Positions 18,365 through 27,684 of a DNA stretch of 52,820 bases are shown here, in pieces (position 1 is the first letter of the stretch; the number at the start of each line of letters is the position of its first letter). Below the pieces are notes generated by a model, which ran no database searches, was not told the origin of the DNA, and worked only from the letters and a program-made list of their open reading frames with translations. Made by a program: the position numbers and the translations under genes. The DNA is from a virus (lineage: Duplodnaviria > Caudoviricetes): positions 1 to 52,820 of IMG/VR virus record IMGVR_UViG_3300025101_000034; one strand, written 5' to 3'.

Positions 18365-19108
18365 ATGCCAACAGCAGGAGCAATAAGTGCAGCAGGACAA
18401 CAGAAATCTTTTTCTGATTTACAGACTAAGTTTGGTGGTTCTAATCCTATAACTCTAGGCGAGTATGGTGATTTAATTGGTTATTCATCTGGTCAAATAG
18501 ATATAGATGACTATGCAGGTAAATCAGGAGTTATTTGGGGAAGTGTGCCATCACAAGGTGGTAATGCAATGTTCCAAACTTCTTCTTCTTCAAATGTAAC
18601 TGCTTTAGCTATTGCTCAAATTGGTTTTGCTTTTCAACCTGCTGATAAAAGAATTAGAATAAAAATAGGTAAAGGTTCTCACACATCACCTGTTAGTTTT
18701 AACTTTAGTAGTATACTAATGACTTATGTAAATGAACCTGCAACTGTTCAAGTAAAATTAACATGGACTGCTGTAACTACTGGTAACGGTACTTTTACAA
18801 ATGGGTCAGGCTCTTTTACAAGTGGTACTTATCTTACTATTGCAGAACAAAGCTCATCTTCTGATAGTGGTACTTTTTCAGCTTGTACATGGTCAGTTTC
18901 AAAAAGCTCATCACAGTTTCTTGGAAGTGCCTCTTTAGATGCAGGTGGATTTACAAGTGGGGTAGCTCTCAATATAAAATGTAGAGCTTTAGATTCTAGT
19001 GGTAACGTTATTGCAGAGCAAACATCAAGTCAAGATTTAGACCAACCTATATTCCTTCAAGCTACAAGAAGTGGTGGTGGCTTCGGAGGTGGAGGCTTTG
19101 AGCCTTAA
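18365..19108 (+). CDS. Putative tail-fibre tip adhesin / receptor-binding protein
   Basis: N-terminus 'GAIS...SDLQTKFGGSNPITLGEY' resembles fibre-tip attachment domains; Ser/Thr/Gly-rich beta body. Confidence 0.6.
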   Translation: MPTAGAISAAGQQKSFSDLQTKFGGSNPITLGEYGDLIGYSSGQIDIDDYAGKSGVIWGSVPSQGGNAMFQTSSSSNVTALAIAQIGFAFQPADKRIRIKIGKGSHTSPVSFNFSSILMTYVNEPATVQVKLTWTAVTTGNGTFTNGSGSFTSGTYLTIAEQSSSSDSGTFSACTWSVSKSSSQFLGSASLDAGGFTSGVALNIKCRALDSSGNVIAEQTSSQDLDQPIFLQATRSGGGFGGGGFEP

Positions 19109-19126
19109 TAATAGGTATGTTACAAT
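19098..19126 (+). promoter_or_regulatory. Extended -10 sigma70 promoter for the collagen-modifying gene
   Basis: TTGAGC (19098), 17 bp, TACAAT (19121-19126) preceded by TGn; ATG at 19133; no SD. Confidence 0.55.
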
Positions 19127-19132
19127 CTCTAT

Positions 19133-20968
19133 ATGAAGAAATTAGTAATAAGTTTAAAACGAAGAACAGATAGAAAAAAACAATTTTATAAAAATAATTT
19201 AAATAATTATAAATTTATAGAAGCAATAGATTATAAAAGACTTGATAACTTTATAGTCGATGAAGAGTTTAGAGACCCTTTTAGAAATAGACAAGTCTTA
19301 AGAAGCGAAGTAGCATGTTTCTTATCTCATAAAAAAGCATGGTCAACATGTTTAGATTTAAATGAACCTGTTATTATCTTAGAAGATGATGCAGTAATAA
19401 ATGAACATTGGGATGAAGATTACTACCAAGAGCTAATAAATAAATACGATTTTATATACTTACAGAAAAACGAGAACGAACCTGATAAAGTTATAAGTAT
19501 AGACGATAAATTGGAGATACCTTCTTATCCTTATAATTTAACAGGCTACATAATTAAACCGTCAACAGCAAAGATTTTAATAGACAATATAGATAAAATT
19601 ATTCCTGCTGATGAATATGTACCTAAATTAATAAAGGAGAAAGTTTTGAATAACGTAGTTTCATTAAAGAAAGATTCTTGTAATCAAATATCAAGAGAAG
19701 ATAGTCCAAGTGATATTGAAGTTCCAGTAGGTGTAGCTAGAAACTTTAAAGTACATCCTATTACTGTAGGAACAGATAGGAAGAAATGTACTAAATTATT
19801 TACAAGTTCTAGAAGTTGTGGAATAGATGTAGTAAACATTGGTAACAATGTAGAATGGCAAGGGACTGACATGGTTGGCCCTGGTGGTGGACATAAGGTA
19901 AACCTGTTAAGAGAATATATACAGGATTTACCAGGAGATGATGTCATTTTATTTACAGATGCATACGATGTTTTTTATGCTGATAATTTAGAAACTATTA
20001 CCGAAAGATACTTAGGATTTAATTGCAAAGTTTTATTCTCAGCAGAACAACATTGTTGGCCTGATGCAGATATAGAGCATGAGTTTCCTGAAGCTCCAAC
20101 TAAATATAGATTTTTAAATAGTGGGACTTTTATAGGTAGAGTAAAAGAATTAAAAAGAATGTTATCTACAGATTGGATAACTAATGATGCAGACGACCAG
20201 CTATATTATCAAAAGTTATTTTTAAGTGGCGAGTTTGATATACAACTAGACTATGAAGGTTATATATTCCAAACACATGAAGCAGCAGTAACAGTAAGTG
20301 ATGGTCAGATATACAATCCTTTAACTAATTGTTGTGCATGTATTTATCATGGTAATGGTGGCGAGTTAACTAAACAAAAGTTTGAGCAACTCTATAATAG
20401 ATTTATGCCAGCTACTAATGATTTATTCTTTTGGTCAGGTGCAGATTACGAAATTTTAGATGACGACATATTGCTTGTTGATTTTATGACACAAGACCAA
20501 TGTGAAAGAATGATTGAGATAGCTGACAATCATGGAGGATGGGGTTCATTAGAATATGATAAGTTCCCAGCTCAAGAAATAAGATTAAAAGAATTAGGTT
20601 TGTGGGATGAATTAAAAACCCAATGGGAAAACAACATAGTTCCAATCATAGAAAGTTATTGGAAGCCTATGGAAATGTATGGACTTAGAGATGCATTTGT
20701 AATGAGATACTCAGTAGATACACAAAAAGAGTTACCTTTACATACTGATGCTAGTTTAGTTACAGGAAGTATAAAACTAAACGATGACTATGAAGGTGCT
20801 GACTTAGTTTATCCTAGACAAAACTTTAGTAACAAAGATATACCTGTAGGAAAATGTATATTATTTCCTGGAATGGTAACACATGGTCATGCATGTCAAC
20901 CATTAAAGAAAGGAGTGAAGTACAGTTTTACTATATGGACAAACAGATACCCTGGGGATGGTATGTAA
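19133..20968 (+). CDS. Three-domain enzyme: GT25 glycosyltransferase + PLOD-type glycosyltransferase + 2OG-Fe(II) lysyl-hydroxylase-like domain
   Basis: GT25: ISLKRRTDR, ACFLSH, ILEDD. PLOD GT: GGGHKV, FTDAYDV, FSAE..CWPD, FLNSG, DDQ, HGNG. Hydroxylase: FVMRY..Q..L.LHTDAS...DYEG...FPG.VTH.H. Confidence 0.88.
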   Translation: MKKLVISLKRRTDRKKQFYKNNLNNYKFIEAIDYKRLDNFIVDEEFRDPFRNRQVLRSEVACFLSHKKAWSTCLDLNEPVIILEDDAVINEHWDEDYYQELINKYDFIYLQKNENEPDKVISIDDKLEIPSYPYNLTGYIIKPSTAKILIDNIDKIIPADEYVPKLIKEKVLNNVVSLKKDSCNQISREDSPSDIEVPVGVARNFKVHPITVGTDRKKCTKLFTSSRSCGIDVVNIGNNVEWQGTDMVGPGGGHKVNLLREYIQDLPGDDVILFTDAYDVFYADNLETITERYLGFNCKVLFSAEQHCWPDADIEHEFPEAPTKYRFLNSGTFIGRVKELKRMLSTDWITNDADDQLYYQKLFLSGEFDIQLDYEGYIFQTHEAAVTVSDGQIYNPLTNCCACIYHGNGGELTKQKFEQLYNRFMPATNDLFFWSGADYEILDDDILLVDFMTQDQCERMIEIADNHGGWGSLEYDKFPAQEIRLKELGLWDELKTQWENNIVPIIESYWKPMEMYGLRDAFVMRYSVDTQKELPLHTDASLVTGSIKLNDDYEGADLVYPRQNFSNKDIPVGKCILFPGMVTHGHACQPLKKGVKYSFTIWTNRYPGDGM

Positions 20969-21208
20969 ATGGAAGATATGCATTTTTTTTGGAACGTAGT
21001 ATTAACTCTGATTGTAGCTCCTGTAATTTTTGCAATACGTAAAAATGAATCAGAAGCTAAAAGAATAGATATATTATTAAATAAGACTAGAGAAGAGATA
21101 GCAAAAGACTACGTTACTAAACAAGAGGTAAAAGCAGATATGAACATACTAATGGAAAGAGTAGAAAAACTACATGAGAAAGTAGATAAATTATTTGAGG
21201 TGAAATAA
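20969..21208 (+). CDS. Small membrane-anchored coiled-coil protein
   Basis: N-terminal TM segment, then 'TREEIAKDYVTK' coiled coil. Confidence 0.7.
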   Translation: MEDMHFFWNVVLTLIVAPVIFAIRKNESEAKRIDILLNKTREEIAKDYVTKQEVKADMNILMERVEKLHEKVDKLFEVK

Positions 21209-23718
21209 TGGCAAAGAAAAAGTCAAACAGAAAAAGAGCCAAACAAAAAAGACAAGACTATAGAGTTGGTGGAAACGTATTTAATCCAAACAGGATAGAT
21301 AGTCCTATGCCTGCTAAAAAACCAGTTAGTAGGCCTGATAGGCCAATATCTATTGGAAGAACACCAAGTCCAAGACCAGAGCCTGAGCCTATTGCAAAGG
21401 TTGGAAGACCTGTACCACCTCCAATACAACAACCTAAACCTAGTCCTAAACCTACACCTCAACCTAGGACTCAACCTAGACCTAGACCTACACCTCAACC
21501 TCAACCTTCCGTACCTATATCTACTGGCCCAGGATTTACAACTGGCACAGACCCAGATATTGCAAAAGACTACGGAGACTTTGGTGGTCTATTTAATCCT
21601 GGTGGCGAATCAGATGCTGCTAGAAGAGATAGAGGTGGAAGTAGAGATGATGGTGGTAGAGATGATGATAGAGAAGCACCTCCAGGTGGTAAATACTCAA
21701 TAGTAAGAAATGGTTTCATATATGTATGGAATGGCTATACCTACGTAAACACAGGTAATAGAGCTGGAGGAGACGAAGGTGGTGGTGACGAAGGTGGTGG
21801 CGACAACGGTGGTAGCGATGAAGGTGGTGGCGACAACGGTGGTGGCGATGAAGGTGGTGGTAATGAACCAGACCCAGACCCACTAGAAACTATGACCGAT
21901 GCTCAAAGACAAGCAGCATTTGAAGAAGAAAGAAGAATAAGAAATATTAGAGAAGGAAGAACATCTCAAGAGATAGCTTCAGGTAATATACCAGCAGGTA
22001 CTGTACCAGTTCCTACAGTTATGGGAATAGGTAGAGAAGGTACAGAAGCTGATACTGTTGTTGCTCCTGATGCAAGTCAAGTAGGTACATCTACTATAGA
22101 CCAAACACCAGAAGAAACAATTAGTCAGGTAGAAGAAGTAGCACAAATAGACCCAGCTAGAGAGGTTACAACTACAACAACACCTACAGCGACAATAGAA
22201 CAAGCTGCACAAGCAAGAGCTGCTCAACAAGATAAAGAAGAACTTAGACTAGCAGAAGCTGCTGACGTAGCTGATGTTACTCCAGTTGAAGATGTTGATG
22301 TTGTTATTGAACCAGGAGCTGTAGCTAAGGTTGTTACAGGAACATTAAGTCCTGGAGCAAAAGCAAGGATTGTAGAAAATACTGGTACTAATTTAGCCAG
22401 AGTTACTAGAGCTAAAAAACAATTAGCTAATGCTGGATTAGAAGAAGGAGCTATACAAGAGTTAGGTAAAGACCCTGAAACTCTTGAAGCCAAGCTTACA
22501 GATTTTACAGAAGAAGAAAGAGGTATCATAGAAGGATTACCTGAAGAAGCTTTAGTATCTAATCAACTTGAAAGTCTATTAACTGGTATAGAAGAAGGAG
22601 AGATTCCAACATGGGCTAGACCTGCTGTTGCATCTGTTGAAGCTATGTTAGCTAAAAGAGGATTAGAAGCATCTTCAATAGCTAGAGATTCATTAGCTAA
22701 TACTATTATCCAAGCATCTTTACCTTTAGCTCAAGCAAATGCTCAAGCTATTCAAGCTAGTGTAGCTCAACAAAAAAATATAGAAGCTGCTGTATCTGAA
22801 GCTAATGCACAGAGAGAACAACAAACTGTATTAAAAAATGCAGAGAATGTATTTAAATTAGATATGGCTAATATGGCTGCTGAACAGCAAACTGAGTTAG
22901 CTAATAGTAAGTTTTTACAAACAGTTACTTTAACAGAAGCAAATCAAGAGCAACAAGCAGCAGTAGTAAATGCAACTAATATTGCAAGAGCTGATTTAGC
23001 TGAGGCTGACTTTTATCAGAAAGCACAAATAGATAATGCAAAGAATTTCTTAGCTACTGATATGGCTAATTTAAATAACAGACAACAATCAAATGTTGTT
23101 AAAGCTCAGTATGAGCAACAAAGACTACTAAGTAATCAAGCAGCACAAAATGCTATGGGTCAGTTTAATGCTACAAACGACAGACAAGCTCAACAGTTTA
23201 TGGCACAGATTGAAACACAGATTAGACAATACAATGCAGGCTACATAAATGCTACAAATCAATTCAATGTTCAATCTCAGAATGCTGCTGAAGCTAGAGA
23301 TGCTCAAAGAATAACAGATGTTAACAAAGCTAATGCTGCGATTATGAATCAAGTAGAACAGTTTAATGAACAATTAAATTACAACAGACAACAATGGAAT
23401 GCTGCTAATGAACAAGCAGTTATTAATTCTAATATAGACTGGAGAAGAAGAGCAAATACTGCTGATACTGCTGCACAAAATGCAGTTAATCAACAAAATG
23501 CTCAGAATGCTTTTGGGTTGACTCAAGCTGCACAATCTTTCTTATGGCAAGAATTAAGAGACCAAGCTGATTATGATTTCAGATGGGCTACTGATACAGC
23601 TAATAGAAAAGTGCAAGCTATGATGTCTGCTGCAACTGCTGAAGGCGATGCTGCAAAGAATTGGGGTACTAATTTTAGAAATGCATCATCTACAATCAAC
23701 AGTTTATTTGGAAGTTAA
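21208..23718 (+). CDS. Internal virion (ejection) protein
   Basis: Pro-rich and Gly/Asp-rich low-complexity N-terminus; Ala/Gln/Asn-rich helical C-terminus with 'QFNA' repeats; position in the podovirus core-gene block. Confidence 0.7.
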   Translation: MAKKKSNRKRAKQKRQDYRVGGNVFNPNRIDSPMPAKKPVSRPDRPISIGRTPSPRPEPEPIAKVGRPVPPPIQQPKPSPKPTPQPRTQPRPRPTPQPQPSVPISTGPGFTTGTDPDIAKDYGDFGGLFNPGGESDAARRDRGGSRDDGGRDDDREAPPGGKYSIVRNGFIYVWNGYTYVNTGNRAGGDEGGGDEGGGDNGGSDEGGGDNGGGDEGGGNEPDPDPLETMTDAQRQAAFEEERRIRNIREGRTSQEIASGNIPAGTVPVPTVMGIGREGTEADTVVAPDASQVGTSTIDQTPEETISQVEEVAQIDPAREVTTTTTPTATIEQAAQARAAQQDKEELRLAEAADVADVTPVEDVDVVIEPGAVAKVVTGTLSPGAKARIVENTGTNLARVTRAKKQLANAGLEEGAIQELGKDPETLEAKLTDFTEEERGIIEGLPEEALVSNQLESLLTGIEEGEIPTWARPAVASVEAMLAKRGLEASSIARDSLANTIIQASLPLAQANAQAIQASVAQQKNIEAAVSEANAQREQQTVLKNAENVFKLDMANMAAEQQTELANSKFLQTVTLTEANQEQQAAVVNATNIARADLAEADFYQKAQIDNAKNFLATDMANLNNRQQSNVVKAQYEQQRLLSNQAAQNAMGQFNATNDRQAQQFMAQIETQIRQYNAGYINATNQFNVQSQNAAEARDAQRITDVNKANAAIMNQVEQFNEQLNYNRQQWNAANEQAVINSNIDWRRRANTADTAAQNAVNQQNAQNAFGLTQAAQSFLWQELRDQADYDFRWATDTANRKVQAMMSAATAEGDAAKNWGTNFRNASSTINSLFGS
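21767..21865 (+). repeat. GGDEGG/GGDNGG coding tandem repeats
   Basis: ~15-nt period of GGTGGxGAxGAA/AAC; boundaries approximate. Confidence 0.8.
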
Positions 23719-23729
23719 GGAGAAGATAA

Positions 23730-24896
23730 ATGGGATTTTTAAGTAAAGTATGGAAAGGAATTAAAAAAACTGTCAAGAAGATAGGTAAAAGAGTTAAGAA
23801 AACTTTTAAAAGTGTTATGAAAGGTATTGGCAAACTAGGGATAGTTGGTCAAATTGGTATGATGTTTTTAATGCCCTATGCGATGGGAGCTGTAGGAAGC
23901 CTGTTTGGAACGGCAGGCAAGTTAGCTAGTTGGTCTACAAAACTACTTGGGCCAAATGCAAACTTTTTCTCAAAGGTTCTAGGTAAAACTTTAGAAGCTG
24001 TTAATGTTGGTGGTACTTGGATTAAAAATGCATACACAAGTGTAAGTACAGCTATCACTAATGGTATAGATAGAGTCGGAAACTTTTTCAAAGGTAAAGG
24101 GATGACTTTAAGTGAAGGCAGAGCATCTGTTTTCTCTAAAGACTTTTCATCTTCTTTAGATACTTTACCAACTCAAGCAGGAATTAAGTCTGACCAAATT
24201 CAAGCTCAACTATCTGAGACTATTCCAAGAGCTTTGGATAAACCATTAAACTTCAATAAAGACACCTTAAGTTATGAGCTACCTACCAACACCCCAGGTG
24301 AAGTAAGAATACCTGAGTTTGGTAAAACAGGAGAGCTTACTAGAGGTATGAATATAGAATTAGATACTAATGAGTTGTTTAAAAATACTAAAGTAGGAGT
24401 AGATGCTATAGGAGATATAGCTGCTGGCTCAGATGCTTTAAGTGAACAAGCAGCTTCATTGTTATCTCCAAAAGATAGTTTCCTAGATAAGATTAATGTA
24501 TTTGATAAAGACTCTGCAATCAGAAAAGATATAGCAAAATTTGATTTGTATGATGCTGGTAAACAAAAGATAACAGATGGGTTATTAGGTGGCCTTGAAA
24601 GCCGAGCATACGAGGCTGTGGGTGTAGATATGACACCTCAATACACTTATAACAAAATTAATATACCAAACATTATGGGTATTGGTAGCTCCCCTACAAT
24701 TAGTTTAGGAGCTATAGACCAGTTTACAGCACCAAGAGGTAACTCATGGCAAGCTACAAGCATGTACTCAAGTGGTATTTTAAATGATATTTTAAATAGA
24801 GATGCTGGTCAGGACTGGAGAAATTGGATGAATGCTTTTGCTTTACAAAATACTGTTAATCCAACAGGTTCTGGAACAAATATGACAGCATACTAA
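23730..24896 (+). CDS. Internal virion protein with a basic amphipathic N-terminus
   Basis: 'MGFLSKVWKGIKKTVKKIGK' followed by a Gly-rich hydrophobic segment; RBS AAGGAG. Confidence 0.7.
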   Translation: MGFLSKVWKGIKKTVKKIGKRVKKTFKSVMKGIGKLGIVGQIGMMFLMPYAMGAVGSLFGTAGKLASWSTKLLGPNANFFSKVLGKTLEAVNVGGTWIKNAYTSVSTAITNGIDRVGNFFKGKGMTLSEGRASVFSKDFSSSLDTLPTQAGIKSDQIQAQLSETIPRALDKPLNFNKDTLSYELPTNTPGEVRIPEFGKTGELTRGMNIELDTNELFKNTKVGVDAIGDIAAGSDALSEQAASLLSPKDSFLDKINVFDKDSAIRKDIAKFDLYDAGKQKITDGLLGGLESRAYEAVGVDMTPQYTYNKINIPNIMGIGSSPTISLGAIDQFTAPRGNSWQATSMYSSGILNDILNRDAGQDWRNWMNAFALQNTVNPTGSGTNMTAY

Positions 24897-24907
24897 GGAG
24901 TGAAATT

Positions 24908-25552
24908 GTGATAAAAAGACAACCAGGCGAAGAAATGAATCCAGAAGCTGTAGAAGCTTTTGCGAATAGAGGATATCCTATACCAGGTCAATCCTGGACA
25001 CAACCTGTAGAAGAAAGAAGACCTTTTGAAGGTAAGCCTGACTTTACAGATATGAGAGAAGCTTTAGAGTTTACAGCTTTAGAATTACTTGATGAAGAAA
25101 ACTATGTTCCTATTGTTCTTGCAATGGGCGATGGAGTTCCAGTCATGGACTTAGCTTTACAAATGGGCTATGTAGGTTTTAGAGAAGGTAAATGGAATCC
25201 TGATTTAATGCTGATGTTGTTAGAACCTTTTGCATATTTACTTATGGCTCTTGCTGAAAAGTCTGGAGTAACCTATAGAGTAGATTCAGATGATGCTTCA
25301 GCTCTATTAGATATGGAAGACGGAGAGGCTGACGAAGAAGAACAAATGCTAGTAGCTAAAGCTAAGAATGTAGCTGAAGTTGCTAGAAGAAAAAAAGCAA
25401 GAGAAGGAGGAGGAATACCTGAAGGTGTTTTACCTCAAGAAGTGGTAGAACAAATAGAGGCTTTACCTGAAATAGGACTATTAGATAGGCAACCAGAAGA
25501 AATGGTAGAACCTACTAATGATAGTCTATTAGCTAGAGGAGAGGAAGAATAA
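24908..25552 (+). CDS. Conserved-type virion-associated hypothetical protein
   Basis: 'PIPGQSWT...PFE..P', 'GFREGKWNPDL'; RBS AAGGAG before GTG. Confidence 0.7.
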   Translation: MIKRQPGEEMNPEAVEAFANRGYPIPGQSWTQPVEERRPFEGKPDFTDMREALEFTALELLDEENYVPIVLAMGDGVPVMDLALQMGYVGFREGKWNPDLMLMLLEPFAYLLMALAEKSGVTYRVDSDDASALLDMEDGEADEEEQMLVAKAKNVAEVARRKKAREGGGIPEGVLPQEVVEQIEALPEIGLLDRQPEEMVEPTNDSLLARGEEE

Positions 25553-27684
25553 TGGGATTATATGATGACGGTGGTGTTGAGTTTACTAAACAAGCATTTA
25601 ACGATGCAAGTGAACGAGGCATAAAACAAGCAAAAGAAGCTGAAGAAGAAGGTTACAAAAAAAGTTTAGTTAGAGGACTGCTTATAGAGCCTGCTATTGG
25701 AGGTATCTTTGGAGAAGTTAAAAGTATGTTTGATGCAAAAGGACAAGCTTTACAAGATAAAAATATACCTATGAGAACTTATCTTCAAAGTTATTTATCT
25801 AATCAAGAAGGTCAAAGACAAAGTTTAGAATACAATAAAGAAACTAATCCAAATGGTTTTATTGTAAATGGTAATGTAGATATACAGAGACTACAAAATT
25901 ACATTGCAGCAGATTTAAGAACTAGATTACAAGATGGAAGTTATGGGGGAGAGTTTACTAATTTAAATCCTGTGCAATTAGCTTCTTATTTAACTTCTGA
26001 GTCAAGAGTACAAGCAAATAAATTAAAAGGATATTATCAAACTTTATACAATGAAAGCATGGATGTTCCTGATATGGACACAATACTAACTCAGTTTGAT
26101 AAATGGAATAGTAGAGAAAACCCTAAAGATGTATTTGGTAAGATTACCAAAGGTGTAAGAAACATATTAGGTATGGAAACAGAAGAAACCATAAACTTTA
26201 AAAACCTTGAAGCCCATGAAAACTTACGTTTAACATTAGGCGAAGGGACATCAAAAGAATTAATAGACTTAAAAAATGCTGTAACTGCATACGACACAGC
26301 AGCTACAGACCAAGGCAGTAGATTTAATATTGATGGTCTAATAGAAAAAATAAGAGCTAACATAGGTAAACCACCTTCAGAGGGAGGTATTCAGGGAAAG
26401 CCTATAGAAGGTACATTCGAGATTAAGGATAGAAGTTATACAAGTGGTGGTGACGAGTTTACATTTCAAGAAGGTATATACATGAGTTTAGATGAGTTTG
26501 GTATTCCTAGATTATCTAGTGCTGGTGTGAATGAAGCTGTAAAAAGTAAGCAAGCAGACATTAAAGTACCTACTGACGGACAGGTAAAATCTGGTGAGTC
26601 AGCTATGATGTTAGTCTTAACTGATGGCTCTAATCCTGAAATGAATACACTTTATCAAAATGTAATTAAAGGTAAAGGACGAACTACAACTGACCCTCAA
26701 AATACTGTAAAAAATTATGGTGTTAAGGTTGCTTATGCAGCTAATCATATTAGACAGAAAGTAAAAGATTTTAACTTAACTATAGCAGATGGAGATATTG
26801 ATTACCTTGCAGCTATGCATGTATTAGGTCAAGTAAACGAAGGATATCGTGATTCTATATCTAAAAACCCAACACATGATAGTTCACATCAACAGTTATT
26901 AATGAATAATCCTAATACTACTCCTGATTTATTCGACTTATTGAATATAGCTAAATTAAATACTGTAGGTAGTAATGGTGAATTTACTTTAATAATGCAA
27001 ATACCTAACATAATTAGAGATGTTCGAGCTAGTAAAAAGTTTGAATATGAACAAAGTGCTAGGTTTAAAGAAATTATTACTGACCTACAAGCAAGTGTTA
27101 TAGGAGAAGGTAGAAACTTTACAGGGAGTGCTGACATAAATTTACCAGAGTATATAGCTAAGTATGAAGGTACTAATGAAGAAAAAGTTTTACAGTATGA
27201 ACTAGAAAGAATTAATCAAATAAATAGTTACTTCCCTGAAGAACTTAGATACATAGACTCTAGGTATGATGGGGTTATACAAAAGTTTGGTAGCACAGGA
27301 ACATTACCAGAAGTAATAGAAGAACCTATGGAAGTAGAAGAAGGTAATACTTCTGATGCAACAGACACAAATCCTCCTCCAGTAAGTTCAGAAGAAAACA
27401 GACAACTTAAATTTATTGCTGGTAATAAAATAAGTAAACTAGAAAAAGCTATTCAAAAAATGGAAGCAGGACAAATGACTGCTTATAATAGTCAAGCATT
27501 TAGAAACTATGTAAAAGAACAGACAGACGGTGGTACATTATTTGGTAAAAATAAAATATCTAAAGAACGTGAACTATCTTTAATGAAACAGTATCTTCAA
27601 AGTCTATTAGACGACCCTGATAATTACAAAGGGACTAGACAACCTATGTCAGAGGAATTAAAAGCTGAGATAGGAGTAAACTAA
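25552..27684 (+). CDS. Internal virion protein (hypothetical)
   Basis: 710-aa ORF, coupled, in the core-protein block. Confidence 0.65.
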   Translation: MGLYDDGGVEFTKQAFNDASERGIKQAKEAEEEGYKKSLVRGLLIEPAIGGIFGEVKSMFDAKGQALQDKNIPMRTYLQSYLSNQEGQRQSLEYNKETNPNGFIVNGNVDIQRLQNYIAADLRTRLQDGSYGGEFTNLNPVQLASYLTSESRVQANKLKGYYQTLYNESMDVPDMDTILTQFDKWNSRENPKDVFGKITKGVRNILGMETEETINFKNLEAHENLRLTLGEGTSKELIDLKNAVTAYDTAATDQGSRFNIDGLIEKIRANIGKPPSEGGIQGKPIEGTFEIKDRSYTSGGDEFTFQEGIYMSLDEFGIPRLSSAGVNEAVKSKQADIKVPTDGQVKSGESAMMLVLTDGSNPEMNTLYQNVIKGKGRTTTDPQNTVKNYGVKVAYAANHIRQKVKDFNLTIADGDIDYLAAMHVLGQVNEGYRDSISKNPTHDSSHQQLLMNNPNTTPDLFDLLNIAKLNTVGSNGEFTLIMQIPNIIRDVRASKKFEYEQSARFKEIITDLQASVIGEGRNFTGSADINLPEYIAKYEGTNEEKVLQYELERINQINSYFPEELRYIDSRYDGVIQKFGSTGTLPEVIEEPMEVEEGNTSDATDTNPPPVSSEENRQLKFIAGNKISKLEKAIQKMEAGQMTAYNSQAFRNYVKEQTDGGTLFGKNKISKERELSLMKQYLQSLLDDPDNYKGTRQPMSEELKAEIGVN

